A stretch of 39,984 bases of DNA from an uncultured Verrucomicrobiota bacterium (GTDB lineage Bacteria; Verrucomicrobiota; Kiritimatiellia; CAIQIC01; JAGNIJ01). The position numbers and the translations under genes are program-made. Location: positions 1,748-41,731 of the forward strand of contig CAZTYH010000006.1 of NCBI GenBank assembly GCA_964617565.1, in the 5' to 3' direction. Position 1 is the stretch's first letter, and every line of letters begins with the position of its first letter. The notes under the pieces are model-generated. The model did not search any database. It was not told the DNA's origin and saw only the letters and a program-made list of their open reading frames with translations. Positions 37,538 through 39,984 of this stretch are shown piece by piece.

Positions 37538-37589
37538 GGAAACCTGCAAAGCGCGAACGAGGATTTAATGGGGACTCCAAACGCTCCCA

Positions 37590-37646
37590 GGGTTGAGCAG
37601 CCCCAACCCTTAAAACAGGGGTTGAGCAGCCCCAACCCTTAAAACA
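37590..37646 (+). repeat. Exact 28-bp direct repeat GGGTTGAGCAGCCCCAACCCTTAAAACA x2
   Basis: Copies at 37590-37617 and 37619-37646; each folds as GGGTTG/CAACCC. Confidence 0.9.
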
Positions 37647-37660
37647 TAAAATATAGGTTA

Positions 37661-37852
37661 CGCGGGGTGGTGGCAAAGATGCTGCTGCAGTAGGGTGGAC
37701 TGATCCGGCGGTAAGCGGCGGAGGCACTCGGGATGGGGGCGGGGGAGGCGGTGTGCATGCGTATGAAGGATCTGAACCGACGATTGGAGGAGGACAGGTC
37801 AATGCGGCTGCACCTGAAGCGGCTCGAGCGGGCCGTGTCCGCTGCGGAATAG
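37661..37852 (+). pseudogene. Decayed C-terminal HTH fragment, probably of a RAYT/IS200-like transposase
   Basis: Reads RGVVAKMLLQ*GGLIRR*AAEALGMGAGEAVCMRMKDLNRRLEEDRSMRLHLKRLERAVSAAE* with two internal stops; bounded by 23-bp inverted repeats. Confidence 0.55.
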
Positions 37853-37876
37853 CTTCATTTTATATTTTAAGGGTCG

Positions 37877-37906
37877 GGGCTAATCTGCGGTGGGCTAATC
37901 TGCGGT
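37877..37906 (+). repeat. 15-bp tandem duplication GGGCTAATCTGCGGT x2
   Basis: Copies at 37877-37891 and 37892-37906. Confidence 0.85.
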
Positions 37907-37929
37907 CGGGCTGAGCCTTGGCGCTTAGC

Positions 37930-38041
37930 CGGGGCGGTGGGATTTCACTCGGGGCGCTCCCGCACCCCTCGCCCTTCGGGCCCCGAGGCGCTGCGCGCTC
38001 GGGGTGCCAACCGGCCTCTCCCGAGGCCGGTTGGTGAACCC
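37930..38041 (-). repeat. Split duplicate of the tRNA-Pro 3' end (att-like)
   Basis: 37930-37945 CGGGGCGGTGGGATTT is identical to 38121-38136; the following GAACCC resumes at 38036-38041 after a 90-nt hairpin-rich insert. Confidence 0.65.
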
Positions 38042-38116
38042 GGCCTGTCGGCCTGCATCACTCCCAAGCCCCAAACCACTTCTCCCCGGCCACCCGCAAG
38101 GGGTGCCGGGGAGAAG

Positions 38117-38193
38117 TGGTCGGGGCGGTGGGATTTGAACCCACGACATCCAGCTCCCAAAGCTGGCGCTCTACCAGGCTGAGCCACGCCCCG
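38117..38193 (-). tRNA. tRNA-Pro (TGG)
   Basis: Reverse complement CGGGGCGTGGCTCAGCCTGGTAGAGCGCCAGCTTTGGGAGCTGGATGTCGTGGGTTCAAATCCCACCGCCCCGACCA; 77 nt. Confidence 0.97.
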
Positions 38194-38317
38194 AAGAGGG
38201 AAATCAACGGCGTTATCATGTTCTGGAAGCAGATGCAGTGCAACCTCTTTCTATGGGCCTGTTTAGCTTCCGGACACCTTAACTTTTGCCCCGATTTGGC
38301 GTTTATTTACTCCCAGG

Positions 38318-38788
38318 ATGAGCAAAGGAGTTCAAGCTCGCCGGCCCCCGGCAAAGAAGCATGTGCTGGAGCGAATAGTGTTCTGGCAGTTGACCTGTCT
38401 GCTGGCTGTTGTCACATGCATCTGGCTTTGCGAAATCTGCGATTTCCACGCGATTTTCCTCGGAGCGGAACCGTCGGATATCAATTGGAAATCGGCTTCC
38501 ATGTTGAGCGTCATGGTTCTTGGCTGGGGATTGGCTGCCGTTGCTCCGGTTCATGTCTATCACCGCCGCAATTTCAGCAAATCGGTCACGATTTGCTCCT
38601 ACTGCCGCCGGGTACACGCAGAGGACGAATGGCACCAGATGGAAATGTTTTTTGCGGATAAAACCCATGCCACGTACAGCCATGGCGTTTGCCCCGATTG
38701 CTGCGATAAAGTCATGTCGGCCTACCGTTCCGGCCGCAAGGATGCCGGCGCGCGGGAACCCCTTCCCACGGAAGTGCTGGTGTCCTGA
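38318..38788 (+). CDS. Two-TM membrane protein with C-terminal CxxC...SHGxCxxC module
   Basis: Two hydrophobic helices, then TICSYCRRVH..W..ME.F...SHGVCPDC. Confidence 0.75.
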   Translation: MSKGVQARRPPAKKHVLERIVFWQLTCLLAVVTCIWLCEICDFHAIFLGAEPSDINWKSASMLSVMVLGWGLAAVAPVHVYHRRNFSKSVTICSYCRRVHAEDEWHQMEMFFADKTHATYSHGVCPDCCDKVMSAYRSGRKDAGAREPLPTEVLVS

Positions 38789-38791
38789 GGA

Positions 38792-38875
38792 AACATCGAA
38801 CATAGAACATTCAACTTCGAACTTTGAACACGGATTTATTCAATGTTCGATATTCAACGTTGAATGTTCAATGTT
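38792..38875. repeat. Inverted array of 7-nt units (AACATTG-like / TTCAATG-like)
   Basis: Left arm AACATCG AACATAG AACATTC AACTTCG AACTTTG AAC; right arm TTCAATG TTCGATA TTCAACG TTGAATG TTCAATG TT. Confidence 0.85.
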
Positions 38876-38953
38876 TTCTGCCCGCGCCTAACTTCGGGTT
38901 GTCTTTCGCCTTCCTATGCCTTACATTCCCCCGTTCCGAGAGCGAGGTAAGTT

Positions 38954-39979
38954 ATGTCAGATGAGCGTTTCGGCCAGGTTCTGGTCGGCCATATAGAGGA
39001 TGCCCGCAAGGCATACGAGACGTGGGAGAAACAGCCCATTGATTGGGATTTGTCCAATGGAGAGGTGGCGTCCACCTCGCGGAAGCAGCGGACCCTTGCA
39101 AATTCCATCACGGTGAAGGGCCCGGGCACTTTCTTCGGCAAAAGCGTACGGACCGTGACCTTCGAACCAACGGACATGGAAGGCTGGTGGTTCGAGCGGT
39201 CGGACCTTGAGGATGCTTTGCCGTTTGCCGTTTCCGCCCGCAACGTGTGGACCACGGGCGACATCGTCAGCAATATCGTGCTGCGCGCGGGTCCGCCGCA
39301 CAACTATGTCCGCATGGTCGAGCATATGATCGCGTTGAAAGTCGGCATGGGCATTGACAATGTGCTGATGAAAATTGACTCCGGCGATCCGCCGCTTTTC
39401 GCGCGGGGGAGCCTGGACCTGGTGGAAGCGCTGGAGGGCGCCGGTGTTCGTGAAGTGGATCGTCCGGCGCGCTATTTCACGGTCAAGGAACCCGTGACCG
39501 CGGTCTCGCCGCACGGCGGATTTGTTACCCTTTTGCCCTGCGCGAAGGACAAGCCAGCGCTGCACTTGGATTGCGCGGTGGATTTCAAGACCGCGATAGG
39601 CCAGCAGCGCATCCGGTTCCCGGTGAATACCAGGCATTTCCGGTATGGCGCCGAAGCGCGTACGAACACGTCGGCGGCTAAGATGCTTTACTGCAAGACA
39701 ATCGGGCGCGTATTCGCGGATATCCGTAATCTCGGCTACACGATGGACAACATCCTGGTGGCCGGGCGGAAAGGTTATTACAACGAGCCGAAACTGATGC
39801 ATGACGGCAAATCGCTCGAGGCGGCATGGCATCGCGCGACGCTGGATCTGCTCGCTGCCCTGGCGCTGATCGAAGAGGGACAATTTGTCGGGGATGTCGT
39901 TTCCTACAAGGCCGGGCATGGTCTGGACGTGACGCTGATTCGGCGCATCTACCGCAACAAGCTGCTGCGCGAGCTGTAA
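38954..39979 (+). CDS. lpxC: Divergent UDP-3-O-acyl-N-acetylglucosamine deacetylase (LpxC family)
   Basis: KQRTLANSITVKGPG, MVEHMIAL..GIDN, PPLF.RGS, ARTN, WHRATLDLL, YKAGHGLD; GAGG RBS. Confidence 0.78.
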   Translation: MSDERFGQVLVGHIEDARKAYETWEKQPIDWDLSNGEVASTSRKQRTLANSITVKGPGTFFGKSVRTVTFEPTDMEGWWFERSDLEDALPFAVSARNVWTTGDIVSNIVLRAGPPHNYVRMVEHMIALKVGMGIDNVLMKIDSGDPPLFARGSLDLVEALEGAGVREVDRPARYFTVKEPVTAVSPHGGFVTLLPCAKDKPALHLDCAVDFKTAIGQQRIRFPVNTRHFRYGAEARTNTSAAKMLYCKTIGRVFADIRNLGYTMDNILVAGRKGYYNEPKLMHDGKSLEAAWHRATLDLLAALALIEEGQFVGDVVSYKAGHGLDVTLIRRIYRNKLLREL

Positions 39980-39984
39980 GCGGG

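Noticed and set aside
37590-37646. 28-bp palindromic direct repeat as a possible CRISPR array
   Set aside because: Only two copies separated by 1 nt, no spacers, and no cas genes in the window.

Overview
GC-rich bacterial chromosomal window. It probably comes from a PVC-superphylum organism (Kiritimatiellae/Verrucomicrobiota-like); this is an inference from the ffh-rpsP-khpA-trmD-rplS-rnhB order without rimM and from the C-terminal tail of a secreted protein. Contents in order: (1) translation core prfA-prmC-Zn-finger membrane protein-ffh-rpsP-khpA-trmD-rplS-rnhB-yraN, then a lytic transglycosylase; (2) asnS carrying a ~70-aa coiled-coil insertion; (3) a cytoplasmic REC-GAF-7xPAS hybrid kinase with a NarL-type regulator; (4) a GH161-like glucan phosphorylase with a GH26 hydrolase; (5) a complete mevalonate operon between tRNA-Phe and tRNA-Ile2, interrupted by an inverted-repeat-flanked GxxExxY nuclease gene; (6) rnk, a secreted beta-helix protein and a dienelactone hydrolase; (7) an attenuator-led operon of a PEPCK-like DUF4914 protein, purC, sua5/tsaC, purE, an OFA-type MFS transporter and a DUF2294/MpsC protein; (8) a repeat-dense region with a decayed transposase remnant, a split copy of the tRNA-Pro 3' end, tRNA-Pro and a divergent lpxC. 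The best candidate for an undescribed system is operon (7), whose members share a link to CO2/bicarbonate. Also notable are a 19-bp mini-element inserted inside two different palindromic repeat families, and filled versus empty periodic inverted-repeat cassettes.
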